Source: Squalus acanthias (taxonomy: Eukaryota). Taken from it: 64,000 nt of DNA. A program made the translations under genes and the position numbers. Position 1 is the first letter of the stretch; each line of letters starts with the position of its first letter. Positions 26,700-40,363 of the stretch are shown here, one piece after another. Where the stretch lies: assembly GCA_030390025.1 (NCBI GenBank), contig CM059431.1:141672001-141736000 (forward strand), in the 5' to 3' direction. The notes under the pieces are model-generated. The model was not told where the DNA came from. It did no database searches and saw nothing but the letters and a program-made list of their open reading frames with translations.

Positions 26700-27680
26700 A
26701 CAACTGCATCTTAATGTGTTGGCAGATTGGCCTCATGACTGGCAAATGAGGTTTATCTTGGATAAGTGCCATGTTATGCCTGTGGACAGGGCGAATGCTC
26801 AACATTCATACACCCTTCATGGAGAAGCATTAAAGAAGGGGGAGAAAGGAAGATCCGGGCACTCTAGTGCAGACATCTCTAAAGATACTGGAGCAATGCC
26901 GTGAAGCGATGCTAGAGCTAAGAGGGTGTTGGGGTGCATTCATAGGACAGTTGGGTATAAGACGACCTATTTTGTCCTAGTACAAGACCTTGGTAAAGGC
27001 CTCACTTGGAATACTGTGTCCAGTTTTGGTCTCCGCACATGGTGGGTGATATTGAGGCTTTGAAACTGTTGCAGAGGAGGGAAATTAGACTAATTCCCAC
27101 TATAAAGCAACTTAGTTACCAATATAGGCTAAGAGTTTGGACTCTACACTTTAGAGAAGCAAAGATTTACGGGTGATCTGATTGAGGTTTATAAGATGAT
27201 GAAGGGAATAGATTGTGTTCCAGTTGACAGCTTAGGGAGGGACAGGGGTCACAATTTTAAGTTGTGCAAGGCCAGATTTAAGTTAGATGTCAGGAGGTGG
27301 TTCTTTTCCAAGGAGAATAGTCAACTTCAGGAACAGGATGCCTTCTCTTGCGGTGGACGCTGACTCGCTGAATTCCTTCAGGCGAGAGCTGGACCTGTTC
27401 CTGTTTGGGGCGGACATCACCTCTTACAACAGGAAGACACTTCCGGGAATTCAGTGCAAGAGTGATCTGCTGGACTAGTTTCAATCGCCTAGATGGTCGG
27501 AGAGGAATTCCCCGTATTTTAATCCCCCAATTTGGCCTGTGTTTTTACCTGTTTGTTTCCACCTCACCCAGGAGATCACATGGTTCTGTTTGGGACAGCT
27601 AGAACAAAGTATGACAAAGTATTGCAATTGCCTGGGAAAGTCTGGATGGACCAAAGGGTCTTCACCTCTCCGTCATTGTT
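26700..27680 (+). mobile_element. Decayed CR1-type 3' fragment
   Basis: [26 protein letters not shown] and downstream C-terminal remnants with stops. Confidence 0.8.
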
Positions 27681-28289
27681 CGTAAAATTGTCATATACGA
27701 CTTTTCTACAGCTAATCCGTTCCAGCCTCCCCTCATCACCCTCTTTATTGCTAAATGCTCATGAATTCGAACTGGATTAACAGATTTGAGGAGTTTTGAC
27801 ACAATAGTCTCTGGTTACCAGATTGATCCTCTCTCCACATTATAACAGAATCATCACTTGGGCTCCTTCAGTCCACCTGAATATTTTTGATATCAAACGT
27901 GGGTTGAAATGCTGTGCTCAGTCCCTCCTATCTCCTCTCTGACTTCCTTTAACAGTCTGGGGTGCATTATTTCTGAGCCCAGTGACTTCTCCACCTCGGC
28001 TACTTTACTCAGATCCAAATCCTTCTCTACAGTGATCTTCACTGTGGATCCACATCCTCCTCTAGTACAACAACATTCTCACTTCAACCATCATTTTAGA
28101 AAGTAAAGGAAATATTTTGTATCTCCCCAAAATTGCATCCTCCACAACTAGTTTCCCCAGGCCCCCCTCTATCTGCCCTCCACTGCTTGCTGGCCTGCAA
28201 AACCCACTGAGAATTGTACTGTCTCCCTTCCTATTGCTGAACTGCATACATATGGATTCCATCTTATCATAGCTCCCTGGAACACCCGT

Positions 28290-28510
28290 ATGTTCTAAAC
28301 CTCTCCGCCTCTCTCTCTCTCGCTCTCCTCCTTTCAGTCATTCCTGAAACCTTACCTCTTTGAGCAATCTTTTGCTCATCTTTCCTAATATGTCCTTATG
28401 TGACTCGGTGTCAAATTTTGATTGATAACATTCCTGTGAAGCACCTTGAGACGTTTTACAACATTGATGCCGCTATATAAACGCAAGTTTGTTCTTGTTG
28501 TTGTTCTTGC
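28290..28510 (+). mobile_element. L2-type 3' tail fragment
   Basis: Similar to the tails at 48700-48870 and 55660-55740. Confidence 0.6.
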
Positions 28511-29703
28511 GCTGTCGTAGAACGCTTTATTAATATTGGCGTCCACAACTTGTTTGCACTTCCCTCAATATGTTATCACCAGGAACATCTCCCTCTGAAT
28601 CCTGTGAAAACCCAGGCCCTGTCTTATAGATACTAGATCACATCTCTCATGCTTCTGAATGTTTGGAATGATTTGTACACTTACACACACAACACTGAAT
28701 ACTAGCTCCAACGTTTGGAATGTTGACTAGTCCCGGTTTATTTTATTTATTTTTTTAAATCAAGTGACTTTATCTCTCACTATTTCAAATCCTCCTTCCT
28801 TTTTCTTGCCAATAACTTTTCACTATTTCTTAAATCTTCTGTTTCAGCTCCAACGTTTTTATTAATTCCACTCTCTAGTCTCAGATCCGGATATTTCCCA
28901 CTCTCCAGTCACATCGCCTGATACCCTCCCACTGCTCCATTCACCTTTTCAGTAAAACCATTATTGTTTGTCAGTACAGATCGCGGCCGTCCCTTCCCTT
29001 CTCCCTGAACTCACCCTCGTGCCCCAAGATCGTGAGCGCTCCCCTCCTGCTCCAGCCCTGCAGCCGCACATTGACCAGCCTCATATTTCCCTCCTGAAGC
29101 AGCCCAGTGCAAAACAATCCGGAGATCAGTAGCTTGAGGCCTGGTTTCTTAGTTTAGTGCCTAAGTGTTAACAGTCCCTCTATAAACATATTTCTATCCG
29201 TGTTACTGGTTCCGACCATGGCTATTTTCTGCTCTCCTTTCCTTCCCACCCGTTCCAGGATGTTCTTCCCTCTGGAACCAGTGATGCAACTAACCATTCG
29301 GGGCCTGCTCAGGGCTGCAGAAGAGCTGGTTTATCCCACTGACGATAGAATCTCCCACCACTATCGCTCTCCTATTCCTGTGCCCCAACTGCCTCTCACC
29401 CCCGCCCCACTCGGGGTGGTCTCCTGCTCCCTGGTGTCACACTGTTGCTCAGGAAGACCCTCCTCTGAGTCACTGTCTCCATCCACCTTACAGACCCCAA
29501 TACCAGGTATCTATTGGAAAGTTCCAGTACTCGGGGGCTCCCTCCACCTGTGACTGCGGTGTCCCTCTCGATGGTCACTCAATTCCCTCTTTGTACTCAG
29601 TCCCTGCCCTGTTCCCTCTTCCTGTGTGAGCTGCAGGTTCATGTACAAGATCCGGACTTTTGTCAGGACAGAAATTGTATTTTAAAGTATTTTCTGAACC
29701 TAC

Positions 29704-29799
29704 CTGTGTCCATTCTCAATTTTTTTGAAGATGTTGGATCTTCTCCCCTGTTTGGACCTTCAGCCATAGTGGTGACAGGCGTTCCCAGGCTCTGATGCT
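29704..29799 (-). CDS. NLR-A ATG exon (32 nt UTR, then MAEGPNRGEDPTSSKKLRMDT; ATG at 29767)
   Basis: ccag|AGCATC acceptor and GACACAG|gtaggt donor; 64 coding nt, phase 1; same architecture as 59984-60079. Confidence 0.85.
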
Positions 29800-30179
29800 C
29801 TGGAACAAATAGAATATTAATAGGAGGGTTAGACAAAAAAAATTGAAATGAGAAGGAGAACGTTGTCTTGTTAAACATGATTTCAAGTCCCTCCTCCCCC
29901 ATCAGTACAGCAGTTGTTAGCTCCGGGATCTCAGAAAACACCATGAATATACAAGTGGTAGATTTGACTGCTGTTTTACAATCATTATTCTCCATTTGTG
30001 TCAGCTCGCGCATGTGCGTCCATTGAAGCTATCGATCAGCGGCCTTTCCTTTCCCCACTGTGGAAATATAAAAGCGATTCAGTTAATTTATAACCAGTTT
30101 GAGACTTTATAACATTCAGTACTTTGCTGTTTCACTAATGCTGCCACTAGTGTAATAAACACACAACAGCAACAACAGA

Positions 30180-30975
30180 GGGGCAAGGAGAATGTATGAG
30201 AAATGATTAGTGGTAACATAATAGGGAACACTAATGCCTTTTATAAACATATAAAGCGAGAAAGAATAGTCCAAGGAAAGGTGGGGCCGATTTGGGACCA
30301 AAAAGGTAATCATCTTGTTGAAGCAGAGGACATGGCTGAGGCACTAAATTAACACTTTGCCTCCGTATTCACTAAAAGGAGAGGATGCTGCCAATCGTAC
30401 AGTAAATGAGGAGGTGGTAGAGAAATTGGAGAGGATATAAATAGATTAGGAAAATCTACTAAATCGGTTGGCAGGGCTCAAAGTAGAAATGTCACCCGCT
30501 CTGCCACAATCTTCCAATCCTTGGATATGAGAAAGGTGCCAGAGGAGTGGAGGGTTGCAAACGCAACTTCCCTGTTCAAAGAAGGAGAGGGTGATAAACC
30601 AAATAACTACAGGCGACTCAGCTTTACATCGGTGTTGAGGAAGCTTCTAGGGACAAAAATCCAAATCAAAATTCATTGTCACTTGGAAGAACATCGAGTA
30701 ATTATCGACAACCAAAATGTTTTTTTTTTTTTTTAAGGCAAATCAAATCTGGCTGACTTGAATGAGTTAAGCGATGAAATAGGAGAGGGTTGATGCGGGT
30801 AGTACAGTTGATGTTCTGTATATGGACTTTCTGAAGGCGTATGATAAAGTACCCCATAATAGCCTGGTTAACAAAATTGAAGCCAATGATATTAAAGGAG
30901 CAGTGGCAGCGTGGATACTAAATTGGCGAAAGGACAGAAAACAGACTGTAGTTGTGAACCGATAGTGTTCACACT
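30180..30975 (+). mobile_element. Decayed internal CR1 ORF2 fragment
   Basis: VPEEWRVANATSLFK...NYRRLSFTS and VDVLYMDFLKAYDKVPH. Confidence 0.8.
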
Positions 30976-30994
30976 GGAGGGACGTGACTTGTTG

Positions 30995-31340
30995 CGAGTT
31001 AGAATACACGGAGCAGATTTTTGGATGAGTTCAAGTTTATGGAGAGTGGAAAAGGGAGGCCGGCCAGGAGAGCCTTGGAACAGTCAAGTCTAGAGGTAAC
31101 AAAGGAATGGATGAGGGTACCAGCAACAGATGAGCTGAGGCAGGGGCAGAGACCGGCGCGGTTACGGAGCTGGAAGTAGACGGTGTTGGCTATGGAGTGG
31201 ATATGTGGTCCGAAGCTCATCCTACGGTCAAATACGACAGCAAGGTTGCAAACGGTCTGATTCAGCCTCAGACAGTGGGCAGGGAGAGGGATGGAGTCGA
31301 TGCTTCGGGAACACAGCTCGTGGTGGGGACCGAAGACTAT
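30995..31340 (-). mobile_element. L2-clade LINE fragment, shared with the paralogous arm (55080-55390)
   Basis: RMSFGPHIHSIANTVYFQLRN...LIHSFVTSRLDCSKALLAGLP. Confidence 0.8.
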
Positions 31341-31730
31341 GGCTAATGTTACCTTTCTACCTGTCCCACAGGTGCTGCTCACCCAGGAGAATCCCTCCCA
31401 CTGACACAGCTGGTTGATGCTTTTCAAGCATCTCCACAACAGCAGGTCTAGGAAACACTTACAATGGAAAGCCTGATCACTCTCACAGGCCGAGGGGTTG
31501 GGCGTCCAGCAGGCACAGGGGTTTGGTCAGTGTGGCGCGGGTAGAGGCAGAGGAAAGAGAGGGGGAGGCAGGGGGCAGAGTGGGAACAGGAATTTATTGC
31601 ACTCTGAACAGTCTTACCCTGAATCTAACAGACATTGTGCAAGGGAGGAAACATACATCTCTTCTAATATCAAAACCAACTTCTAATATTATTACTAACA
31701 GCAAAATACTGGAGATGCTGGAAATCTGTC

Positions 31731-31921
31731 ATAAAAGCTGAAAATGCTGGAAACACTCAGCGGGTCAGGCAGTGTCTGTGGGGAGGGGACGGTGGGGTTA
31801 ACGGTTCAGGTCAATGACCTTTCCTCAGAACGGGTTCAGGATCTGAAACATTAACCCCACCTTCCTCTCCCCACAGACACTGCCTGACCCGCTGAGTGTT
31901 TCCAGCATTTTCAGCTTTTAT
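31731..31921. repeat. ~190-bp palindromic (hairpin) element with perfect 55-bp arms
   Basis: 31731-31785 is the exact reverse complement of 31867-31921; imperfect pairing extends to ~80 bp. Confidence 0.92.
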
Positions 31922-32132
31922 TTCTAATATTATTACCCATCCCCATTTCAGACTATATTCTGTGTTTTACTTGGTTTGGGTTCTCACCATTTCAGAATAC
32001 ACTGGGAATCTGATGCTTGCTGTGTATCTGACGTTGATTTTGGAAGCACATTCCCTGCTTGCTTTGACCGGTGTTGTTCTACTTCTGTATTGTGCGTGTC
32101 TGTGACCAATGAAACAGGAGGCAAACACTCAC

Positions 32133-32471
32133 CCGGCGTTTAATGTCTTTCACCGTCCCCAGTACTAAACACTGGGGATATCCAAAGGTAATGAAGCTGT
32201 GCTCAGCACTCACTATCCGAAAATACTCTGTACCCGCTGGTCACAGGCCGTGCTGATCTTTGAGGTTTCTCTGCATCGTGTTCAATGAATTGACTATCAT
32301 TAGTTTCTCTGTTCAATCTTTCCCCTTGATTAGTCACCAGATCTGAGCTATTTTAACACTGAGATCTGATGGTGTCGGTGTGAGTTCAGCCCCAGCTAAT
32401 AAACAGACACGTGTCCATCTGCTGGGCTCTGCCACAGACTGGAGTCACCTCTCAGATCAAATTCCTTTACT
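32133..32471 (-). other. Putative non-coding 5'UTR exon of NLR-A
   Basis: Acceptor tgtgtgtcttttag|AG and donor CGCCGG|gtgagt. The following intron is homologous to the intron after the NLR-B first-exon donor (CGG|gtgagt, 52364). No long ORF. Confidence 0.55.
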
Positions 32472-32639
32472 CTAAAAGACACACAAGATTCAGTGTAACT
32501 GTGTGTTTAGAGACAGAACCTGATTTCACTTCACATTTCATTGCACGGCCTCATGCTGGATAATTGTGCTCAGTGGTCAGACTCTCCTAGTCTCATTCTC
32601 ACCATTTCCTGCCTCACCCTGTAACCTTTGTGTACGGTC

Positions 32640-35600
32640 TACAGGACCAGTGTGTATCTGAGTCAATGGGACTCTCTCTGACCTTTCTCCCCAGTCCATC
32701 TCCAGGACCAGTGTGTATCTGAGTCAATGGGACTCTCTCTGACTTTTCTCCCTAGTCCATCTCCAGGACCAGTTTGTACCTGAGTCAATGGGACTCTCTC
32801 TGACTTTCAGCCTCTCACCTTTCTCCCCAGTCCATCTCCAGGACCAGTGTGTACCTGAGTCAATGGGACTCTCTCTGACCTTTCTCCCCAGTCCATCTCC
32901 AGGACCAGTGTGTACCTGGGGCAATGGGACTCTCTCTGACCTTTCTCCCCTGTCCATCTCCAGGACCAGTTTGTACCTGAGTCAATGGGACTCTCTCTGA
33001 CCTTTCTCCCCAGTCCATCTCCAGGACCAGTGTGTATCTGAGTCAATGGGACTCTCTCTGACCTTTCTCCCCAGTCCATCTCCAGGACCAGTGTGTATCT
33101 GAGTCAATGGGACTCTCTCTGACCTTTCTCCCTAGTCCATCTCCAGGACCAGTTTGTACCTGAGTCAATGGGACTCTCTCTGACCTTTCTCCCCAGTCTA
33201 TCTCCAGGACCAGTGTGTATCTGAGTCAATGGGACTCTCTCTGACCTTTCTCCCTAGTCCATCTCCAGGACCAGTTTGTATCTGAGTCAATGGGACTCTC
33301 TCTGACCTTTCTCCCCAGTCTATCTCCAGGACCAGTGTGTATCTGAGTCAATGGGACTCTCTCTGACCTTTCTCCCCAGTCCATCTACAGGACCAGTGTG
33401 TATCTGAGTCAATGGGACTCTCTGACCTTTCTCCCCAGTCCATCTCCAGGACCAGTGTGTATCTGAGTCAATGGGAATCTCTCTGACCTTTCTCCCCAGT
33501 CCATCTACAGGACCAGTGTGTATCTGAGTCAATGGGACTCTCTCTGACCTTTCTCCCCAGTCCATCTCCAGGACCAGTGTGTACCTGGGGCAATGGGACT
33601 CTCTCTGACCTTTCTCCCCTGTCCATCTCCAGGACCAGTTTGTACCTGAGTCAATGGGACTCTCTCTGACCTTTCTCCCCAGTCCATCTCCAGGACCAGT
33701 GTGTATCTGAGTCAATGGGACTCTCTCTGACCTTTCTCCCCAGTCCATCTCCAGGACCAGTGTGTATCTGAGTCAATGGGACTCTCTCTGACCTTTCTCC
33801 CTAGTCCATCTCCAGGACTTTCTCCCAGTCTATCTCCAGGACCAGTGTGTATCTGAGTCAATGGGAATCTCTCTGACCTTTCTCCCCAGTCCATCTACAG
33901 GACCAGTGTGTATCTGAGTCAATGGGACTCTCTCTGACCTTTCTCCCCAGTCCATCTCCAGGACCAGTGTGTATCTGGGGCAATGGGACCCTCTGACCTT
34001 CCTCCCCGGTCCATCTCCAGGACCAGTGTGTATCTGAGTCAATGGGACTCTCTGTCCTTTCTCCCCAGTCCATCTCCAGCACCATAGGCAATGGCTAACA
34101 TTTAAGGAACGAATGCATGAATTGCAACAGTTATACATTCCTTTCTGGCGCAAAAACACAAAAGGAAAAGCGGCCCAACCATGGCTAACAAAATAAATTA
34201 AGGATAGTATTAGATCCAAAAAGGAGTCATATAAAGTTGCCAGAAAAAGTAGCAAGACTGAAGATTGGGAGCAGTTTAGAGTTCAGCAAAAAAGGACCAA
34301 GAGATTGATTAAGAGGGGAAAAATAAGTATGAGAGTAAACTTGCAAGGAACATAAAAGCAGATTGTAAAAGGAAAAAGATTAGTGAAAATAAATGTAGGT
34401 CCCTTACAGTCAGAAACGGGAGAAATTATAATGGGGAATATGGAAATGGCGGAGCAATTAAACACATACTTTGGTTCTGTCTTCATGGAAGAGGACACAA
34501 ATAACTTCCCAGAAATGCTAGGGAACGAATGGTCTAGTGAGAAGGAAGAATTAAAGGCAATTAGTATTAGTAAAAAATAGTGCTGGATAAATTAATGAGA
34601 CTGAAAGCCAATAAATCCCCAGGGCCTGATAATCTGCATCCCAGAGTACTAATAGAGGTAGCCATTGAAATAGTGGATGCATTGGTTGTCATCTTCCAAA
34701 ATTCTATAGATTATGGAAGAGTTCCTGCAGATTGGAGGGTGGCAAATGTAACCCCACTATTTAAAAAAGGAGGGAGAGAGAAAACAGGGAACTACAGACC
34801 GGATAGCCTAACATCAGTAGTAGGGAAAATGTTAGAGACTATTATAAAGGATGTGATAACTGGACACTTAGAAAATATCAACGGGATTAGACAAAGTCAA
34901 CATGGATTTATGAAAGGGAAATCGTGTTTGACAAAGCTACTGGAGTTTTTTGAGGATGTAACTGGTAGAATAGACAAGGGAGAACCAGTGGCTGTGGTGT
35001 ATTTGGATTTTCAGAAGGCCTTTGATAAAGTCCCACATAAGAGGTTAGTGTGCAAAATTAAAGCACATGGGATTGGGGGTAATATACTGGCATGGATTAA
35101 AAATTGGTTAACAGACAGGAAACAGAGAGTAGAAATAAATGGGTCTTTTTCGGGGTGGCAGGCGGTGACTAGTGGGGTACCGCAGGGATCAGTGCTTGGG
35201 CCCCAGCTATTCACAATATACATCAATGATTTGGATGAGGGAATCAAATGTATTATTTCCAAGTTTGTTGATGATATGAAACTAGGTGGGATTGTGAGTT
35301 GTGAGGAGGATGCAAAGAGGCTTCAAGGCGATTTAGACAAGTTGAGTGAGTGGGCAAATACATGGCAGATGCAGTATAACGTGGATAAATGTGAAGTTAT
35401 CCACTTCGGTAGGAAAATCAGAAAGGCAGAGTATTATTTAAATGGTGATAGATTGGGAAATGTTTATGTACAAAGGGACCTGGGTGTCCTTGTTCACCAG
35501 TCACTGAAAGCAAACATGCAGTTGCAGCAAGCAGTTAGGAAGGCAAATGGTATGTTGGCCTTCATTGCAAGAGGATTTGAGTACAGGAGCAAGGATGTAT

Positions 35601-36465
35601 TACTCCAGTTATACAGGGCCTTGGTGAGACCACACCTGGAGTACTGTGCAGTTTTGGTATCCTTACCTAAGAAAGGATATACTTGCCATAGAGGGAATGC
35701 AGCGAAGGTTTACCAGACTGATTCCTGAGATGGCAGGACTGTCGTATGAGGAAAGATTGGGTCGACTTGGCCTGTATTCACTAGAGTTTAGAAGAATGAG
35801 AGGGGATCTCATTGAAACGTATAAAATTCTGACAGGTCTGGATAGACTGGATGCATGGAGGATGTTCCCCCTGGCTGGGGGGTATCTAGAACGAGGGGTC
35901 ATAGTCTCAGGATACAGTGTAGGACATTTAGGACTGAGATGAGGAGAACTTTCTTCACTCAGATGGTGTTGAACCTATGGAATTCTCGACCACAGAAGTC
36001 TGTGGAGGCCAAGTCACTGAATATATTTAAGAAGGAGATAGATAGATTTCTAGAAACAAAAGGCATCGAGGGGTATGGGGAGAGAGCGGGAATATGGTAT
36101 TGAGATAAAGGATCAGCCATGATCATATTGTATGGCGGAGCAGGCTCAAAGAGCCGAATGGCCTATTCTTGCTCCTATTTTTCTAAGTTTCTATGTATCT
36201 GAGTCAATGGGACTCTCTGACCTGTCTCTCCAATCCATGTCCAGGACCAGTGTATATCTGAGTCAATGGGACTCTCTCTGACCTTTCTCCCCAGTCTATC
36301 TGCAGGACCAGTGTATATCTGAGTCAATGGGACTCTCTCTGACCTGTCTCTCCAATCCATGTCCAGGACCAGTGTGTATCTGAGTCAATGGGACTCTCTC
36401 TGACCTTTCTCCCCAGTCTATCTCCAGGACCAGTGTGTATCTGAGTCAATGGGACTCTCTCTCTC
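32640..36465. repeat. 61-bp minisatellite (CCAGGACCAGTGTGTATCTGAGTCAATGGGACTCTCTCTGACCTTTCTCCCCAGTCCATCT), ~23+5 copies, split by a CR1 insertion
   Basis: Units at 32640-34080 and 36193-36465. Confidence 0.95.
34081..36193 (+). mobile_element. 5'-truncated CR1 LINE with RT domain, inserted in the 61-bp array
   Basis: ORF 34580-35728: [35 protein letters not shown]; 3' end TTCTAAGTTTCTATG. Confidence 0.95.
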
Positions 36466-36671
36466 TGACTCTGAGAGGCGGGCTGTGTCTGCAATTCACT
36501 GCAAACTGTAAAGTCTGGCTGTGTGGGGCGGGGCAGGAAGGTTTCTAGCTATAAGTGAGGCATATTAATCAGAATATTCAACAATCACAACCGGCATTAA
36601 CTGTGGCTCAGCGCGGGAACTCACAGAGGGAACTGTCCCAGTGTTGGAGTGTAAGAGACAACAAGAGCGTT

Positions 36672-39610
36672 ACATACATCGGATTACATAGGATATACAG
36701 GCGCAGTAACAGGCCATTCGGCCCAACCAGGCCATGCCGTCTTTAATGCTCCATTCAAGCCTCCTCCCGCCTTTCCTCATCGAAATCTATCAGCATAATC
36801 CTCTATTCCCTGCTCCATCATATGCTTGTCTAGCCTCCCCTTAAATGCATCTATACTATTCGCTTCAACCACTCCCTGTGGCAGCGAGTTCCACATTCTC
36901 ACCACTCTTTGGGTAAAGAAGTTTCTTCTTAATTCCATATTGGATTTCTTGGTGACTATCTTATATTGATGGCCTCTAGTTACGCTCGTCCCCACAGAGT
37001 GGATACAGAGAGAATGTTTCCACTTATCAAATGCTCTCAATTTTAAATACCTCTATTGGGTCACCCCTCAGCCTTCTTTTTTCAAGGGAAAAGAGACCCT
37101 GTTCATCCTTTCTTGATATGTATACCATCGCATTTCTGTTATCATCCTTGTAAATCATCTCTGCACCCTCTCCAGTGCCTCTATATCAGTTTTATAATAT
37201 GGCAACCAGAACTGCACGCAGTACTGCAAGTGCGGTCTAACCAAGCTTCGATACAGGTTTAGCATAACTTCCTTACTTTTTAATTATACACCTCTAGAAA
37301 TAAACCCTAGTTCTTGGTTTGCTTTATTTAAGGCCTTGCTAACCTTTGTAGCAACTTCGTGATTTGTGTATTTGTACTCCTAGATACCTTTGTTCCTCTA
37401 CCCCATCTAGACTCGCACCCTCCAAGTGATGTGACCTCCCTATTCTTCCTACTAAAATGTAATACCTCACATTTATCGGAGTTGAACTTCATTTGCAAAT
37501 TATATGCCCATTCTGCAAGGTTATTAATGTCCTCCTGTATCTTGTTGCAGTCCTCCTCAGTATTGACTAACACCCCCACCCCCCAATTTGGTATCATCCG
37601 CAAATTTAGAAATTTTGATTTTCATTCCCAAGTCGAAATCGTTAATGTAAATTGTGAACAGCAGTAATCCCAGCACTGATCCTTGTGGAACACCACTACC
37701 CACCTTCTGCCACTGTGAATAGCTACTCTTTACTCCTACTCTCTGCTTTCTGTCCTGAAGCCAGTCAGCAATCCATTCTGCTACTTGTCCCCTGACTCTG
37801 CATTCACTGACCTTGTTCATCAGTCTTTTATGGGCACCTTATCGAAGGCCTTTTGAAATTCCAGATAAATTACATCTACTGCATTACCATTGTCTACTCT
37901 CTCGGTTACCTCTCCAAAAAATTCAATAAGGTTGGTCAAGCAAGACTTTCCCTTTTGAAATCAATGTTGAATATTCATTATTATTATTTTTGGTTTCTAG
38001 ATGTTCTTCTATTTTCTCCTTTAGTAGGGATTCCATTATTTTTCCCACCACCGATGTTAAGCTGACTGGTCTATAATTCCCTGGACATGTTCTAACCCCC
38101 TTCTTAAATATCGGTATTATGTTAGCTATCCGCCAGTCCTCTGGCTCTATACCTTTTTCTAACGAATTATTAAATATGTGTAATAATGTACCTGCTATCT
38201 CTTCCCTAGATTCTTTTAAAATGCAATCCATCCAGACCAGGGGTTTTATCCTCTTTGAGTTTGATTAATTTATTTAATTTATTTAATATATCACATTTAT
38301 TGTTTTAAATGCACTTATGTCATTACTAATCTCATCATCCATTGTCATGTCCACCTGTTCTATCTCCCTGGTAAATACTGAAGCAAAATAATTATTTAAT
38401 ATTTCTGCCATCTCTCTATCGTTACCCGTGGTATTGTCCTGACTATCCCTTAATGGCCGTATTCCCATCCCAACCTTCCATTTTTTATTGATGTGCCTCT
38501 AAAATATTTTACTATTTTGCTTTATGGTCCCTGATGATTTAATTTCATAGTTCCTATTTGCCTCACGAATTGTTTTTCTGACTTCTCTCCTAATCTTTTC
38601 GTATTCTCTCTTATCATGCACTCCCCTGCTGTCTATGTACTTAATGTATGTCTCTTTCCTTACCCTCAATTGTGCCCTTATGGCTTTATTCATCCACGGA
38701 GTCTCATTGTTGTTTAGTTTGTTCTTTCCTTTTAGCGAAATATATTTTTCCTGCACTCTGTTGAACACCATTTCAAATGTTTCCAATTGCTATTCTGCAT
38801 CGTTGCTTGCAAATATTGTTGCCCATTTTTGTTTCCCAAGTTCTATTCTCAGCCCCTCAAAATCAACTTTTCCCCAATCTATTAACCTGGTTTTCATCAT
38901 ACTTGTGTCCTTTTCAATTATCATCTTAAAGCGTATTATATTATGGTCACTATTGCCTATATGTTCCCCTACCTTTACTTCTCTTATCTGCTCTGGTTCA
39001 TTCCCCATTACTAGATGCAATATTGAATCCTCCCTTGTTAGGCTTCTTACATATTGGGTTAGAAAAGAGTCTTGTAGACATTGTAGGAACTCCATTCTCT
39101 TATCCCCTTCACCTACCTCTTCTGTCCAATTAATATCAGGGTAGTTGAAATCCCCCATGATTATTATTCTATGTTTTTTACTCATTTCCCTAATTTGTCT
39201 GCATATTTCTTCCTCCACCTCCCTTCCACTATTAGGTGGTCTGTAGACTACACCTATTAGTGTGATTGATCATTTATTATCTTATCTCTATCCATATGGA
39301 TTCTATTTTGTCTTGCTGATATCGGCGTCACCTTTTTCTACTGCCATTATGTTATCCCGAATAAGTACAGATACTCCACCCCTACTTTATCCCTCTCTAT
39401 CTTGTCTAAATATGTTATATCCTGCAATGTTTAATTCCCAGTCCTGATTTTTCTGCAGCCATGTCTCAGTAATCACTACTATGTCTGGTTCCTCGCGACG
39501 TATGATTGCCTCCAGCTCCCCTGTTTTATTACGGACACTGTGTGCACTGCTGTACAGACAGTTTCACTCATTTTTAATAGGATTTCCTCTCACTTTATGC
39601 TTAACCATTT
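36672..39610 (-). mobile_element. CR1 LINE ORF2 (endonuclease plus RT), decayed
   Basis: [41 protein letters not shown] and [10 protein letters not shown], with several frameshifts. Confidence 0.92.
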
Positions 39611-40249
39611 TACTAAAGTAAACGGAGTCTCATAGCTCAGCCCCTTCATCTCAGCTCTCACCCTGAACAATTCCAGCCGGACTCCCTCCAGAGACAATCT
39701 GTCCTTCCTGGGACAGGCGTCCCAAGCTCAACACAGCGAGTTCCAGCTCACTGAACAACTGCAGTGACCTCGAGTGTTGTTTAGAGCTGGAATCCAAGGT
39801 TTAGTGATTTCTGTATCTAGAGTGAACTCCGTGTGACCCTCTCCCAGTCATTCCCTATTCACGCTGTATTCCAGTCTGTAACCCTTCAATCCAGAGTGTA
39901 TTGTCCCACATTGTGTTACATTAAACTCCTTCCACAATCCCACCGCTGTCTACCTGACCAGCCTAGGATTGGCGGACACTGTGGAGCCCGTGTTCCTGGT
40001 CACTCTCGCTCGACCCCTCTGAACAATGAGAGGGATGGTGGGGAACGGGAGCAGGTTGAGCCGAGGGTCCCAGTGTTGGACAGACCGCCCTCGGTCACTG
40101 TCCGAGCGGACACAGAGAATGGCGATAGCCGCCCGGGAATGGATTGACCACAGCGGCCCGTGGAACAGAATCTCCCCGGGAGAGCCCGGCTTTAAACGGG
40201 TAGAGTAAAGAATCAATGCCGAGTGAGACAGAATAAAGGTTCACATTAC

Positions 40250-40363
40250 CTTGGTCCCCGGGATTCTCCGTCTCTCTGCAAGCTCCGTCTGTGGACATTC
40301 ACTGCAGCCAATGGCTGGTTTTCACAGTTTGATCATTTGAGCTGATCCTGGTTGTTAAGATTT
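40250..40363 (-). promoter_or_regulatory. Putative first exon/promoter of NLR-A (module copy A)
   Basis: Donor GACCAAG|gtaatg at 40249, a CCAAT motif at ~40308 and CpG-rich context; a diverged second copy lies at 47341-48090. Confidence 0.4.
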
